From contig CAMODE010000035.1 of the NCBI GenBank assembly GCA_946611235.1, positions 77 through 64,076 on the forward strand: a stretch of DNA of 64,000 bases. The letters are read 5' to 3'. Positions within the stretch are counted from its first letter, which is position 1. The number at the start of each line of letters is the position of its first letter. Shown piece by piece: positions 1 to 10,229 of the stretch. The position numbers were made by a program, and so were the translations under genes. Below the pieces are notes generated by a model, which was not told the DNA's origin, did not search any database, and saw only the letters and a list, made by a program, of their open reading frames with translations. The DNA is from an uncultured Bacillales bacterium (GTDB lineage Bacteria > Bacillota_I > Bacilli_A > RF39 > UBA660).

Positions 1-318
1 CATATTTAAATTATCAGTGGGTTCATTTATTTGTTTTAATAGATTTGTTAATGATTTATCTTCAACATATTTATATCTTTTTAGTAATTCATAATTAAAT
101 GGTTCTTGGATTATTTTAGAATTTTTACCTACTACTCCACCATTATTATAGACACTTATTAGTATTTCCTTTATATAATACATACATCTTATAATATTAG
201 GATCATTTAATTCTGATTTTTCTTCTAAAAGAACATTATTTACTGGATTATGTCCATTTGCCATTCTATCTATATAGATAATAGCTTTCTTTAGTTTTTC
301 AATATTATTATCCTGCAT
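1..318 (-). CDS. hypothetical protein, N-terminal part only (ORF runs off left edge)
   Basis: My own reverse-strand translation from ATG 316-318 (MQDNNIEKLKKAIIYIDRMANGHNPVNN...) stays open to base 1. AAAGGAG RBS, and TTGACT-17nt-TAATAT promoter-like pair at about 342-370. Absent from the ORF track because it is truncated. Confidence 0.4.
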   Translation of the reverse strand, partial: MQDNNIEKLKKAIIYIDRMANGHNPVNNVLLEEKSELNDPNIIRCMYYIKEILISVYNNGGVVGKNSKIIQEPFNYELLKRYKYVEDKSLTNLLKQINEPTDNLNM

Positions 319-435
319 TCTTTCTCCTTTTTACAGAAACTATATTATTATAATTTTATTTATAAGTCAAGTTCTTTTCCTTCTTATTATCAAGATATTA
401 TATCTATATACTAGACTATTCTTGTAAAGGTATTA

Positions 436-473
436 TCAAACTAACAAATGTTAGTTTGACCGCCAATAGGCGG
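436..473 (-). other. 3' element after ylmH: 5-bp GC hairpin (CCGCC-aata-GGCGG) followed on the minus strand by UCAAACUAAC, which here also forms a second inverted repeat
   Basis: Read directly. Same architecture and same about 20-nt distance from the stop codon as the element at 17833-17856. Confidence 0.5.
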
Positions 474-493
474 AAATAAATATAAATAAATTA

Positions 494-1195
494 TTAATTG
501 TCTATATATTTATATAATTTAATAATATAGTTATCTTTCTTACTAGTTTTAATTATTCCACCATATTTATATTTACCATATTTTCTTATACTAAAGATAT
601 CATTGGTATTTAAATTATAATTTATTTTACTTAATACTTCATAGTTTAGGATAATATCATTATCTTGAAATTTTTTCTTTACTGAGTCTCTACTTACTCC
701 TATTAGTCTGGATATTATGGTGTCTATTCTAGTACTAGATACGATTAATTCTAATTCTTCATATGTTCTATGATAGTTACCTATAGTACTTAGTGGTACT
801 TCTCTTAATTTTATATAACTACTTCCTACCATATTATAGTCTTTTAATACAAAATCATAGATAGAATCCATTACCGTTATATAATAATGATTATTATCTA
901 TTATTATATCTCCAAATAGCTCACTATCGATATTTAATCCGAATAAACTACCTAGTATTTGTCTATGAGATAATTTATCATATGATATTATTTCTAATAA
1001 TCTTATTTTAGGTAAAGTACTTGTATATAATATTACTTTATCAGAATCAGGATATGGATAATATATTTGATAATGATATTCTTTTAATTTGAATACTACT
1101 TTAGATAAAGTACCCCTATCTAAAAAGTTAGTAGACCTACTGTTTATTATTTTATTTATATTTTTTTCTATTATAAAATAATCTTTCTTTGACAT
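494..1195 (-). CDS. ylmH: YlmH-like S4-domain RNA-binding protein (division/ribosome-associated)
   Basis: 233 aa. C-terminal S4-like segment (STRIDTIISRLIGVSRDSVKKKF...IFSIRKYGKYKY). Overall length and layout match YlmH. Confidence 0.6.
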   Translation of the reverse strand: MSKKDYFIIEKNINKIINSRSTNFLDRGTLSKVVFKLKEYHYQIYYPYPDSDKVILYTSTLPKIRLLEIISYDKLSHRQILGSLFGLNIDSELFGDIIIDNNHYYITVMDSIYDFVLKDYNMVGSSYIKLREVPLSTIGNYHRTYEELELIVSSTRIDTIISRLIGVSRDSVKKKFQDNDIILNYEVLSKINYNLNTNDIFSIRKYGKYKYGGIIKTSKKDNYIIKLYKYIDN

Positions 1196-1240
1196 AAATT
1201 CTCCTATTTATAGTTCTATAAGTAAAAAATTGGGGTACTA

Positions 1241-1792
1241 TTAATTATCCCAATTATCAGTTAATCTTATATAATCTTGATGATATTTTTCGATTGTTTT
1301 CTTATTAAATGGATCTTCTTTTCTTCTTACCATATCAATTAAATTACCTAGTTCATATTTTAAGATAAAGTCTAATCTACTGGAATAATGCATTTGTTTT
1401 TTATGATAACGATATTCCATTCTATCTAATATTTTAAAACTACCATTTGGAAATACTCTTAAATCTAAATCATAATCGATATACTTAATGACATGTTCAT
1501 CGATGATATATGGAGTTGCTATATTACAATAAAAGTATATTCCATAATCTTTTAATTGTCCGATAATATTAAACCATCTATCTTTAAAGAAGAACATAAT
1601 AGCGGGTTCTTTTGTTTTCCATACTCTACCATCAGAATCTACTACTGTTGTTTTATTATTACCAAAAACTATATAATCATCTTTAATATCTAATACTACT
1701 GCTTCATCCCACTGACGATGTAATTTTCCATTATGTTTGTAGCAGTGTATTTCTAATTTATCGCCTATTTTGATATTATCCATCTTCTGCAC
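1241..1792 (-). CDS. DUF402 family nucleoside tri/diphosphatase (Ntdp / YgaC-like)
   Basis: 183 aa, typical DUF402 size. Pattern (HxYKHNGxLHRxW...YCNIATP...IKYIDYDLDL). Confidence 0.7.
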   Translation of the reverse strand: MQKMDNIKIGDKLEIHCYKHNGKLHRQWDEAVVLDIKDDYIVFGNNKTTVVDSDGRVWKTKEPAIMFFFKDRWFNIIGQLKDYGIYFYCNIATPYIIDEHVIKYIDYDLDLRVFPNGSFKILDRMEYRYHKKQMHYSSRLDFILKYELGNLIDMVRRKEDPFNKKTIEKYHQDYIRLTDNWDN

Positions 1793-1900
1793 CTTCGTTC
1801 TGGTGTTATTATATAATATTTTTTATGTATTTACAAGATATTGTTATACTTTTTCAGACAATTATGATATAATTGAAATGAATAATAAAGGAGGTGCCTT

Positions 1901-2920
1901 ATGGATATTTTTAAATATTTTTATACTGGAATTAAATCTATATCTATAGGCACAATTAAAATTCTTTGGTATTTTGTTTATGGTATATATAATGTAATTA
2001 CGATATTTCCTAAATATTTTATTTATGGTATTAAAACTATCTTTGGCAAAAAGGATAATAAAAAAAGAATACATAATAAAAAAGTATCTTTTATAATGAT
2101 GGGATTATCTGTACTTGTATACTTAATATGTGTATTTTATATTAGTAGATGGTATGTACAAGGACTTAAAATTAAGTATTTGACTGATGATATTATTTCA
2201 TCAACGGAGATTATTGAAGAAGAAGAAGAAATAGAAGAGGTACCACAAGAAGAACCAGAGCCAGTTGAAGAACCTACTCCTACTACTGAGCCACAGGAAA
2301 GTGCTCCGGTTTACTATCCTAATGATTATTGGGATTATATGAATGTTCCTTTTATGAATGTTAATTTTAATGAATTACTTAGTAAAAACGCTGATACTGT
2401 TGGATGGATTAAAGTTGATGGTACTAAAGTTAACTACCCAGTAGTTCAAACTGATAATAATGACTACTACTTATCGCATGCTTTTAATAAAAAAAGTAAT
2501 GCTGGTGGTTGGGTATTTGCGGATTATAGAGACGATTTTGAAGAATTTGGTAAGAATACTATTATATATGGTCATAATATGAATAATAAAACGATGTTTG
2601 GGTCAATACCACAGATGCTTAATAAAAGTTATCTTAATAACAGTGATAATTATTATATAAAGATTTCTACTCCTACTTGTAATACAGTTTGGAAATTATT
2701 CTCAATATATACAATTGAACCTGAAGTCTACTATTTGAAAACTAATTTTAGAACATATTCTTTTGAAGAATTTATAAATACTTTAAAAAGTAGAAGTACC
2801 TATAATTTTGGCATAGATGTTACTCCTGATGATAAAATACTTACTTTATCTACTTGTGATAATACTGGTACAAAAAGAGTTGCTGTTCATGCTAAAATGA
2901 TTAGTATTGAATATAAATAA
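1901..2920 (+). CDS. srtB: class B sortase with N-terminal TM segment and acidic/Pro-rich linker
   Basis: Catalytic motifs YGHNM and TLSTC. AAAGGAGG RBS 7 nt upstream of the ATG. Confidence 0.8.
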   Translation: MDIFKYFYTGIKSISIGTIKILWYFVYGIYNVITIFPKYFIYGIKTIFGKKDNKKRIHNKKVSFIMMGLSVLVYLICVFYISRWYVQGLKIKYLTDDIISSTEIIEEEEEIEEVPQEEPEPVEEPTPTTEPQESAPVYYPNDYWDYMNVPFMNVNFNELLSKNADTVGWIKVDGTKVNYPVVQTDNNDYYLSHAFNKKSNAGGWVFADYRDDFEEFGKNTIIYGHNMNNKTMFGSIPQMLNKSYLNNSDNYYIKISTPTCNTVWKLFSIYTIEPEVYYLKTNFRTYSFEEFINTLKSRSTYNFGIDVTPDDKILTLSTCDNTGTKRVAVHAKMISIEYK

Positions 2921-2945
2921 AGACAGAAATTACTCTGTCTTTTTT
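2921..2945 (+). terminator. rho-independent terminator of srtB (overlaps the 3' end of yidD on the other strand)
   Basis: agacaga-aattac-tctgtct followed by TTTTT. Confidence 0.7.
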
Positions 2946-3163
2946 GGTACTGGATCATAACGGTATTCTTTTTTATTAAAGGGATTACATCTTAATAATC
3001 TTTTTATTCCTAAATATAATCCTTTAAATAGTCCATGTATTTGTAGTGCCTCAATCATATAATTAGAACAGGTTGGTATAAACTTACAACTATCATGAGA
3101 TTTAAATGGTATACTTTGATACTTTCTTATTAGTTTTATTATTATTTTTTTCACATCAATCAC
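2930..3163 (-). CDS. yidD: membrane protein insertion efficiency factor YidD
   Basis: 77 aa. Conserved C..(F)IPTCSNY...RCNPF motif. Confidence 0.85.
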   Translation of the reverse strand: MIDVKKIIIKLIRKYQSIPFKSHDSCKFIPTCSNYMIEALQIHGLFKGLYLGIKRLLRCNPFNKKEYRYDPVPKKTE

Positions 3164-3184
3164 TACCTATATTTTAACATAAGA

Positions 3185-4117
3185 TTATGCTTTTGATAAA
3201 GTACTATTTGATGTAATTTTATTTAGTCTCTTTAACGATACAATGAAGCTTTGATAATCTGCTGTTATGGTACCTAATACTTCAAAGTTTGTTAATATCT
3301 TAGCATAATAGCTATATATTAAAAGAATTGTACCTATTTCAATGCTACCAATACTTACTAGATATACAGAATATAATATTATCAAATATCTTGTTACTTC
3401 AATTATTCCTAATACAATATATATAATTTTTTGAATAACAACATTATATTTTAAATTATTTCTTAGATATGTCTTATTATCTTTATTAAAGAGACTGGTT
3501 ATACTATTTATATCATTCTTTTTATTTGTAATTGATGAATATAGTTTATGTAACATTATTGTTTTATTATCAAGAGATGCTTTTCTTTTGATGTTTAACT
3601 CCTGAACTAATTTTCCATACTTTATATATACAATAAGAAGGATAATAGAAATGATAACTGTAAAGAAAAAGATTAAGATATTGAAACTTAAGAAATAGGA
3701 ATATATGACAAAGAACTCTATTACTTGAAATATTCTTGTTACTAAGTTTACAATAAAATTACATATGATATCAATATCATTATTTAAAATATTTGTATAT
3801 TCTCCTAGATTAATATTATCAATATCTTTTGTTTTTGATATAGTTAGATTTGTGTAATCAGTATATAGTTTATTATAAAATTTATACCATGCTTTTTGAT
3901 TAAAATAAGACCATAAATAGTAAAAGATAGATAATAGTAAGGTTATTATTATTAAATAGTATCCTACTTTAAAATTACCTTCTGTTACTTCATTAATAGT
4001 ATTACTCCAAAAAACAGGTATAATAAGAGCTAATCCTTGAATAAAAAGAGAAGTAATTACTTTATATATTACTTCTCTTTTAGAATTTTTAATTATTTTC
4101 TTTGCATTCTCCAGCAT
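3185..4117 (-). CDS. ABC exporter transmembrane domain only (no nucleotide-binding domain)
   Basis: 310 aa with 6 predicted TM helices in the type-I exporter layout. Ends (...SLKRLNKITSNSTLSKA) where an NBD would normally begin. yidD starts 21 nt later. Confidence 0.5.
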   Translation of the reverse strand: MLENAKKIIKNSKREVIYKVITSLFIQGLALIIPVFWSNTINEVTEGNFKVGYYLIIITLLLSIFYYLWSYFNQKAWYKFYNKLYTDYTNLTISKTKDIDNINLGEYTNILNNDIDIICNFIVNLVTRIFQVIEFFVIYSYFLSFNILIFFFTVIISIILLIVYIKYGKLVQELNIKRKASLDNKTIMLHKLYSSITNKKNDINSITSLFNKDNKTYLRNNLKYNVVIQKIIYIVLGIIEVTRYLIILYSVYLVSIGSIEIGTILLIYSYYAKILTNFEVLGTITADYQSFIVSLKRLNKITSNSTLSKA

Positions 4118-4673
4118 ATCTATTCTCCTTTAGAATAACTATGTCTCCAGTTTCAATACCATTATTTATAGCATCATCTTTGTTAATATGAAAGGCTAAA
4201 GCAAAGTTATCCGCTATTTTGATATGGGCATTATCTAAAATTTTATCTTGAAATTGTACTTTTACTATTTCATCTTCTTTAAAATCTTTACTGTCCCTAG
4301 TATTAATATGGATGTGACGATTAGCAATTATACATATATTGTCTTTTGTTATTTCTCCTTTTGGTCCAATGATTGTAATTCTTTCAGAACCTTCTAAATC
4401 TCCAGAATTTCTAACGGGAGGATTTATACCAAAATATTCTTTATCGGATTCAAGTACTTCTACTTGGGTATAACTTCTAGCGGGACCTACTATTCGTACA
4501 TATTCTTTAATGTTTTTATCTGTCTTTAAGGTAACTGTTTCCTCAGTAGCAAATTGTCCTGGTTGATCTAAATAATTTCTTGGCGTTAATTTATAATCTT
4601 TTCCAAATAATATATCTATATCTTCTCTAGTTAAATGAACATGTCTATTTGATACTCCTACTTTTATTTCCAT
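4089..4673 (-). CDS. pduL: phosphate propanoyl/acetyl-transferase PduL
   Basis: Duplicated PduL signature (VGVSNRHVHL... and IIANRHIHI...), QPGQFA motif. Confidence 0.8.
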   Translation of the reverse strand: MEIKVGVSNRHVHLTREDIDILFGKDYKLTPRNYLDQPGQFATEETVTLKTDKNIKEYVRIVGPARSYTQVEVLESDKEYFGINPPVRNSGDLEGSERITIIGPKGEITKDNICIIANRHIHINTRDSKDFKEDEIVKVQFQDKILDNAHIKIADNFALAFHINKDDAINNGIETGDIVILKENRYAGECKENN

Positions 4674-4777
4674 CTTACACTCCTTTATTTAATTATAGTT
4701 TTTATTTTCTTAATTGTAAATATTTTTTAGTCATTGTGTCAAGTAAAATACATATATTTAAATGGAGATGATTATTT

Positions 4778-5146
4778 ATGAATAGTGATGGTTATTATCA
4801 AAATCCTATTTTTCCTGGTACTAGTTTAAATAATTATACAGTTCCTAATCAGCAATCAATACCTAGTTATGAAAGTAGTCAAGTTGAAATTAATCCTATT
4901 AACATGGAACAATCTTATATAGAGAATATTTTAAGATTAAATAAAGGAAAGAAAGCTAAATTTTATGTAACTATTCCCGGATCGGAAGAATATCAAAATA
5001 AAGTATTTGAAGGTATAATTGAGCAAGCAGGTAGAGATCATATTATTGTATCTAATCCCAGTGGAGAATGGTACTTAATTCTTATGATATATCTTGATTT
5101 TGTTACTTTTGATGAACCTATTAATTTTATAAAAGACTTTAAATAA
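4778..5146 (+). CDS. gerQ: spore coat protein GerQ
   Basis: Q/N/S/P-rich N-terminus then the conserved core SYIENILRLNKGKKAKFY...AGRDHIIVSNP...YLDFVTF. Confidence 0.7.
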   Translation: MNSDGYYQNPIFPGTSLNNYTVPNQQSIPSYESSQVEINPINMEQSYIENILRLNKGKKAKFYVTIPGSEEYQNKVFEGIIEQAGRDHIIVSNPSGEWYLILMIYLDFVTFDEPINFIKDFK

Positions 5147-5215
5147 TACTTTTATGTATTATTTTTTTTTAGCAATTGAAAAATAACATTCTTTTTGATA
5201 TAATTATTCTAGGAT

Positions 5216-5773
5216 GTGGTATATATGGAAATTTTATTAATTATTATCTTGGTTATTATTCTATTAGTTTGTGGTATGGCTATATTTTATGCTTCAATTT
5301 ATAATAAATTTCAAGATTATATAATTAGAATTAATGAAGTAGAAAGTATTATTGATAATGGTTTAAGAAAGAAATATGATTTAATTAATAGGGCAATACC
5401 TATTATTAAAACTATTATTCCTAAGGATAGAGAAGTTTTTGGAGAAATAGTAAAACTTAGGAGTAGGAAACTTAGTAATTTTGAATTATATAGGGTATTA
5501 GAAAGAAGTTCTACTGAAATTAGTTCTTTAAAAGAAGAATTTCCTAAAATAGAAGAAAGTGAAGAAATTAAAAAAATACAAACTAGTGTTATAGATATTG
5601 ACAATACTATCCAAGAAGCTACTTTATATTATAATGATAATATTTCTATTTACAATAAGCTTCTTAAAAAATTCCCTTCAAATATAGTGGCAAGTTTATC
5701 TAAATATAAAGAAAAACTTTTCTTTGACAGAAAAGATATGAGTGATGAAGACTATAATGATTTTAAATTATAG
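5216..5773 (+). CDS. lemA: LemA family membrane protein
   Basis: N-terminal TM, then LemA-like helical region (YNDNISIYNKLLKKFPSNIVA). The likely true start is the ATG at 5225. Confidence 0.75.
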   Translation: MVYMEILLIIILVIILLVCGMAIFYASIYNKFQDYIIRINEVESIIDNGLRKKYDLINRAIPIIKTIIPKDREVFGEIVKLRSRKLSNFELYRVLERSSTEISSLKEEFPKIEESEEIKKIQTSVIDIDNTIQEATLYYNDNISIYNKLLKKFPSNIVASLSKYKEKLFFDRKDMSDEDYNDFKL

Positions 5774-5777
5774 TCTT

Positions 5778-6446
5778 TTATTTTACTTTAAAATTTATTT
5801 CTTTTATGTTATTCTTTTTTAAGAATTCATTAGTACGAGAAAATGGTCTACTTCCAAAGAAACCATAGTTACAAGAAAATGGTGATGGATGAGAAGATTC
5901 TATGACTAAATGATTTGGATTGGTAATAAGATGTTTTTTACTTTTAGCAAAATTACCCCATAAAATAAATACGACAGGAGTATCTTTTTCATTTACTTTA
6001 CTTATAATGGCATCAGTAAACTTTTCCCATCCTAAATTTTTATGTGAGGCTGGTTTATCTTTTTCTACTGTTAAAACTGAATTTAAAAGAAGTACTCCTT
6101 CTTTAGCCCAACATGTTAAATCTCCAGTACTTGGAATATCTAATCCTAAATCACTATTTAATTCTTTATAGATATTTTTAAGTGATGGTGGTAATTTTAT
6201 TCCATCATTTACTGAGAAAGCAAGACCATTAGCCTCTCCTATTCCATGATATGGATCTTGACCTAATATAACTACTTTAACATTATCATAATCTGTTAAG
6301 GACAATGCTCTTAATATATAGTTTTTTGGTGGAAAGATAGATCTTTCTTTATAAGCTTTATTTATATATTTAACGATATTTATAAAATATTCTTTATGAT
6401 ATTCTTCTTCTAATATTTTATCCCATTTATTTCCTATCAACTGCAT
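5778..6446 (-). CDS. ung: uracil-DNA glycosylase
   Basis: Motifs VVILGQDPYHG, GVLLLN, HPSP. Confidence 0.9.
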   Translation of the reverse strand: MQLIGNKWDKILEEEYHKEYFINIVKYINKAYKERSIFPPKNYILRALSLTDYDNVKVVILGQDPYHGIGEANGLAFSVNDGIKLPPSLKNIYKELNSDLGLDIPSTGDLTCWAKEGVLLLNSVLTVEKDKPASHKNLGWEKFTDAIISKVNEKDTPVVFILWGNFAKSKKHLITNPNHLVIESSHPSPFSCNYGFFGSRPFSRTNEFLKKNNIKEINFKVK

Positions 6447-6458
6447 GATATACTCCTT

Positions 6459-6902
6459 TTAATTAAAACATGTTTCTTCCGGTATATTAATATCAAATGT
6501 TACCTTATAATTATCTTCAACTACTTTTGTTATTGTAATACTACAATTACTAATATCTTTACTATTCTTAGGATTAATCACCTTATCCTTATTACCACTT
6601 GTTTTTAATATTCCTAGATTCAAGAGATTTCCTAAGGTAACAGTAGTAGTATTATTACTTATACTACATGCTAAGTTTCCATATTTACTTGTATCTGATA
6701 AATCACCATTTTCGCATTCTAAATAGTAGTTTTCTCCTGAAGTTTTAATGTTTTCTATTAATATGTCATATGATTTTTCTTTACTTTTATTAAAAGACTT
6801 AATAATATTAGGAGCTACTAATACTGCTACTATACCCATTACTACTATGATAGCTAATAATTCTATTAGAGTAAATCCTTTTTTATTCATATTACTTATC
6901 AC
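6459..6902 (-). CDS. prepilin-type N-terminal cleavage/methylation domain protein (pilin/pseudopilin-like)
   Basis: KGFTLIELLAIIVVMGIVAVL class-III signal peptide. Confidence 0.7.
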   Translation of the reverse strand: MISNMNKKGFTLIELLAIIVVMGIVAVLVAPNIIKSFNKSKEKSYDILIENIKTSGENYYLECENGDLSDTSKYGNLACSISNNTTTVTLGNLLNLGILKTSGNKDKVINPKNSKDISNCSITITKVVEDNYKVTFDINIPEETCFN

Positions 6903-6931
6903 CCATAATTATTATATAATATTAATAATTA

Positions 6932-7192
6932 TTATACAAGTGGTTTATTTTTATCTTCAAATTTATCTCTAATTAAAATTATATCATCACCTATTTTAGC
7001 TATTTGTCTCCATTCTATTTGATATTCTTCTCTTCCAGAGAACCTTTTTAGATGTTTTTCTTCTAATACTAAGCTTTTTATATTACCAGAAGTATCTAAT
7101 ATAACATCTATTATTACTCCTAATCTTTTTCCTGTATTCATATTTATTATTTCTTTTCTTTGAAGATCAGATAATCTCATATATATCACCAC
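6932..7192 (-). CDS. ylmC: YlmC/YmxH family sporulation protein (PRC-barrel)
   Basis: MRLSDLQRKEIINMNTGKRLG...DVILD pattern. The likely start is at 7180. Confidence 0.75.
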   Translation of the reverse strand: MVIYMRLSDLQRKEIINMNTGKRLGVIIDVILDTSGNIKSLVLEEKHLKRFSGREEYQIEWRQIAKIGDDIILIRDKFEDKNKPLV

Positions 7193-7320
7193 TTAATTAT
7201 ATGTTTATATTTCTTTATTATTATTCTTTATACCTGATTATTCTTGTAGAGGATTATGGAAAAATAACGAAGTTATTTTGGGCAGCGAAGCGGTTAAACA
7301 AAAAAAGAATACTATTTTTT

Positions 7321-8460
7321 TCATATTCTTTCCTTCTTCTTTTCTTTGTCGTGATACACCTTATATTTTTTCATTATATAATCATCCATATATTGTAATT
7401 TGGTTTCGATATCTTTTACTAAATGAATTTGGTTCCTCGTTCGATCTAAATTATGCTTTTCATAATTTGTTTTAAAGTATGTATCACCATTTATATAGTC
7501 ATTTAAAAATCTAATAGCAAGTTCTAGTGTTATAATAAGTATTGATTCAGCCATTAAACTTACTTCTTCATATGTAAGATATGGAGCCATTTCACTTAAA
7601 TAGCCATCAGTATAGGCTTTAAATAATTCTAAATCTAATGAAACTTTATTTAAATCAGTTTCATCTTCTGATGCTGTCGATGCAGTAGAACGTATTCCAT
7701 CTCCATAATCAAAGAGCATACTACCAGGCATTACCGTATCTAAGTCTATTACCGCTAGAAAATCTCCTGTATCTTTATTCATCATGACATTGTTTACCTT
7801 GGTATCATTATGAGTTACCCTAAGAGGAATTCTTTTTGAATTTAAGTCTTCCATAATTAATGACAAATATTCTTCTCTTTTAAGTATAAAAACTATTTCT
7901 CTAGCAGCTTCCTCAACTCTTCCTTCAGAATCTACTTTTATATCATACATTAGTTTTTTATATCTTTCAGGAGTATTGTGGAAATCTTTAATAGTCTCCT
8001 CTAACTTGTTCATTGGATAATCTCGAAGTAACTTTTGAAAGTTACCAAAGGCTTTACCTGTATTATATACTATATCTTTATCTACTGATGAGTCATACGA
8101 TATAGCATTTTCGATATATTCATAAATACGATAATACTCTCTAGTATCTGATGCATTCGTAATATAGCATAAAGATTTATTATCTTTTGTTTTTACTACC
8201 TCAAGTACTTTATGATTATTATCTTTTTCATTAATCATCTCTTTTTTTAAATATTTAGTTATACCTTCAATATTTTTCATTAGTTTATAGGGCTCAGTAA
8301 ATACTTTGGTATTTATTTTTTGAATTAAATATTTCTTAGTAGTACCATCTTCTTTTTGAAAAGTTGCTACATATGTTTTATTTATGTTCCCAGAATTATT
8401 TTGGGTATAATTTACCAATTTACCTTCGATATTATATTTTTCTAATATTTCTTTTATCAC
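7321..8460 (-). CDS. APH-fold kinase, N-acetylhexosamine 1-kinase (NahK)-like
   Basis: Catalytic loop VTHNDTKVNNVMM and metal-binding VIDLDTV. 379 aa. Confidence 0.55.
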   Translation of the reverse strand: MIKEILEKYNIEGKLVNYTQNNSGNINKTYVATFQKEDGTTKKYLIQKINTKVFTEPYKLMKNIEGITKYLKKEMINEKDNNHKVLEVVKTKDNKSLCYITNASDTREYYRIYEYIENAISYDSSVDKDIVYNTGKAFGNFQKLLRDYPMNKLEETIKDFHNTPERYKKLMYDIKVDSEGRVEEAAREIVFILKREEYLSLIMEDLNSKRIPLRVTHNDTKVNNVMMNKDTGDFLAVIDLDTVMPGSMLFDYGDGIRSTASTASEDETDLNKVSLDLELFKAYTDGYLSEMAPYLTYEEVSLMAESILIITLELAIRFLNDYINGDTYFKTNYEKHNLDRTRNQIHLVKDIETKLQYMDDYIMKKYKVYHDKEKKKERI

Positions 8461-8508
8461 TTAAACCACCTAATTTTATTATACTAGGTTTTTATACTTA
8501 AATCTACC

Positions 8509-9279
8509 CTACTTGACATATTTTTTTAGTGTTTTAATAGCATTTTTTTCTATTCTTGATATTTGAGCTTGTGATATACCTAATTCTTCCGCTATTTCCA
8601 TTTGTGTTTTTCCAATAACAAACCTTTCTTTTAAGATATTTATTTCTCTTTCTTTTAGATTACTTATAGCTTTATCTAAGGCTAATCTACTTTCTAATCC
8701 ATATTCATCTTCTTTATTTGCTATTTGATCAAATAAGTAAATGGTATCTCCTCCATCATTATAGATTGGTTCATACATGCTTACTGGTTCTCTAAGGGAA
8801 TCTAAGGCATTTGCTATATCATATTCAGTAACCCCCAGTATTTTGGCTATTTCGGTATTCGATGGTTCTTTTCCATTACTAGATAATTCTTCTTTTAGTT
8901 TTAATGTTTTATAGGCTAAGTCTTTGATACTTCTTGATATTCTAATCGTATTATTATCTCTTAAATATCTTTTTATTTCTCCTTCGATCATAGGGCATGC
9001 ATAAGTAGATAGTTTTACATCATAAGAAATATCAAAATTATCAATTGCTTTTACTAATCCTAAGCATCCCACTTGAAATAAGTCATCTAGATTATCTACT
9101 TTACCGGTAAACTTTCTTAAAATACTTAGTACTAATTTTAAATTTCCATTAATTAAATCTTCTCTTGCAAAAGGATCACCATCCTTCATTTTTTTAAATA
9201 ATTCGGTAGTTTCATCACTAGTTAATACTTTTATATTCGCAGTATTCACGCCTGTTAACTCTACTTTATGACGTGACAT
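8509..9279 (-). CDS. sigG: sporulation sigma factor SigG
   Basis: Near-colinear with the B. subtilis SigG sequence I recall (MSR.KVE..GV.T...VL..., DDLFQVGC.GL.K.IDNFD, EPIYNDGGD.IY, GISQAQ.SR.EK). Confidence 0.85.
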   Translation of the reverse strand: MSRHKVELTGVNTANIKVLTSDETTELFKKMKDGDPFAREDLINGNLKLVLSILRKFTGKVDNLDDLFQVGCLGLVKAIDNFDISYDVKLSTYACPMIEGEIKRYLRDNNTIRISRSIKDLAYKTLKLKEELSSNGKEPSNTEIAKILGVTEYDIANALDSLREPVSMYEPIYNDGGDTIYLFDQIANKEDEYGLESRLALDKAISNLKEREINILKERFVIGKTQMEIAEELGISQAQISRIEKNAIKTLKKYVK

Positions 9280-9332
9280 AAAAAAATTCTCCTTTCATAT
9301 TCATTATGAATACTTTAAGAGAATTTTAAACA

Positions 9333-10229
9333 TTATTCTTGTTCTTTATACATATTTAGTATTTTAGTAAATTCATCTGGTACAGGAGATGTAAACTCCA
9401 TATATTCTTTAGTAGTTGGATGTACAAAGCCTAATTTTTCAGCATGGAGCATTTGACCAAACTTTGGATTAATTAGTTTTCTTCTTCCATAGACTGGATC
9501 ATTTACGACAGGATGGCCAATATAACTTAGATGAACTCTTATTTGATGGGTTCTTCCCGTTTCTAGTTTACATCTAATTAGCGTGGCATCAGAAAATCTT
9601 TCTAATACTCTAATATGGGTTACAGCTTCTTTCGAATTATCTCCGGTTACACACATTTTCTTTCGATTATTTACGTCTCTTCCAATTGGAGCGTCAATAG
9701 TAGCAGTATCTTCTTTTATGACTCCTTCTACTAAAGCTATATACTCACGTACTACTTCTTTTTTTTGAATGGCTTCTGCAAGAATATTATGGGCTTTATC
9801 ATTTTTAGCTACGAGTAAAAGTCCAGATGTATCGGCATCTATTCTATGTACTATTCCGGGTCTAATATTAGAGTTTACTGTACTTAGATTATTAGTATGA
9901 TACATTAGAGCATTTACTAAAGTACCAGTATAGTTTCCCGGAGCGGGATGAACTACCATACCACTAGGCTTATTAACAACGATTAAATCATCATCTTCAT
10001 AATAGATATCTAATGGAATATTCTCTGGTAAGATATCCGTATTCTCCTCGTAGTCTTTTACTTCTATTTGATCACCGGCTTTTAATGTATAACTACTCTT
10101 GATACTTTTACCATTTACTAGTATGCAATCATTATCAATCATTTTCTGAATTTTACTTCTTGTATATTCAGTATTTTCAACAAGAAATTTATCTATTCTT
10201 TGCCCTATTACTATTTCATCTATTATCAT
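9333..10229 (-). CDS. rluD: RluA/RluD-family 23S rRNA pseudouridine synthase
   Basis: N-terminal S4 domain, HRIDADTSGLL catalytic motif, GRTHQIRVH. Confidence 0.85.
   Translation of the reverse strand: MIIDEIVIGQRIDKFLVENTEYTRSKIQKMIDNDCILVNGKSIKSSYTLKAGDQIEVKDYEENTDILPENIPLDIYYEDDDLIVVNKPSGMVVHPAPGNYTGTLVNALMYHTNNLSTVNSNIRPGIVHRIDADTSGLLLVAKNDKAHNILAEAIQKKEVVREYIALVEGVIKEDTATIDAPIGRDVNNRKKMCVTGDNSKEAVTHIRVLERFSDATLIRCKLETGRTHQIRVHLSYIGHPVVNDPVYGRRKLINPKFGQMLHAEKLGFVHPTTKEYMEFTSPVPDEFTKILNMYKEQE

Noticed and set aside
4089-4673. Bacterial microcompartment (pdu/eut) locus because of PduL
   Set aside because: There are no BMC shell (PduA/J/K, EutM/N) or diol/ethanolamine enzyme genes nearby. 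PduL here probably serves as a stand-alone phosphotransacylase.
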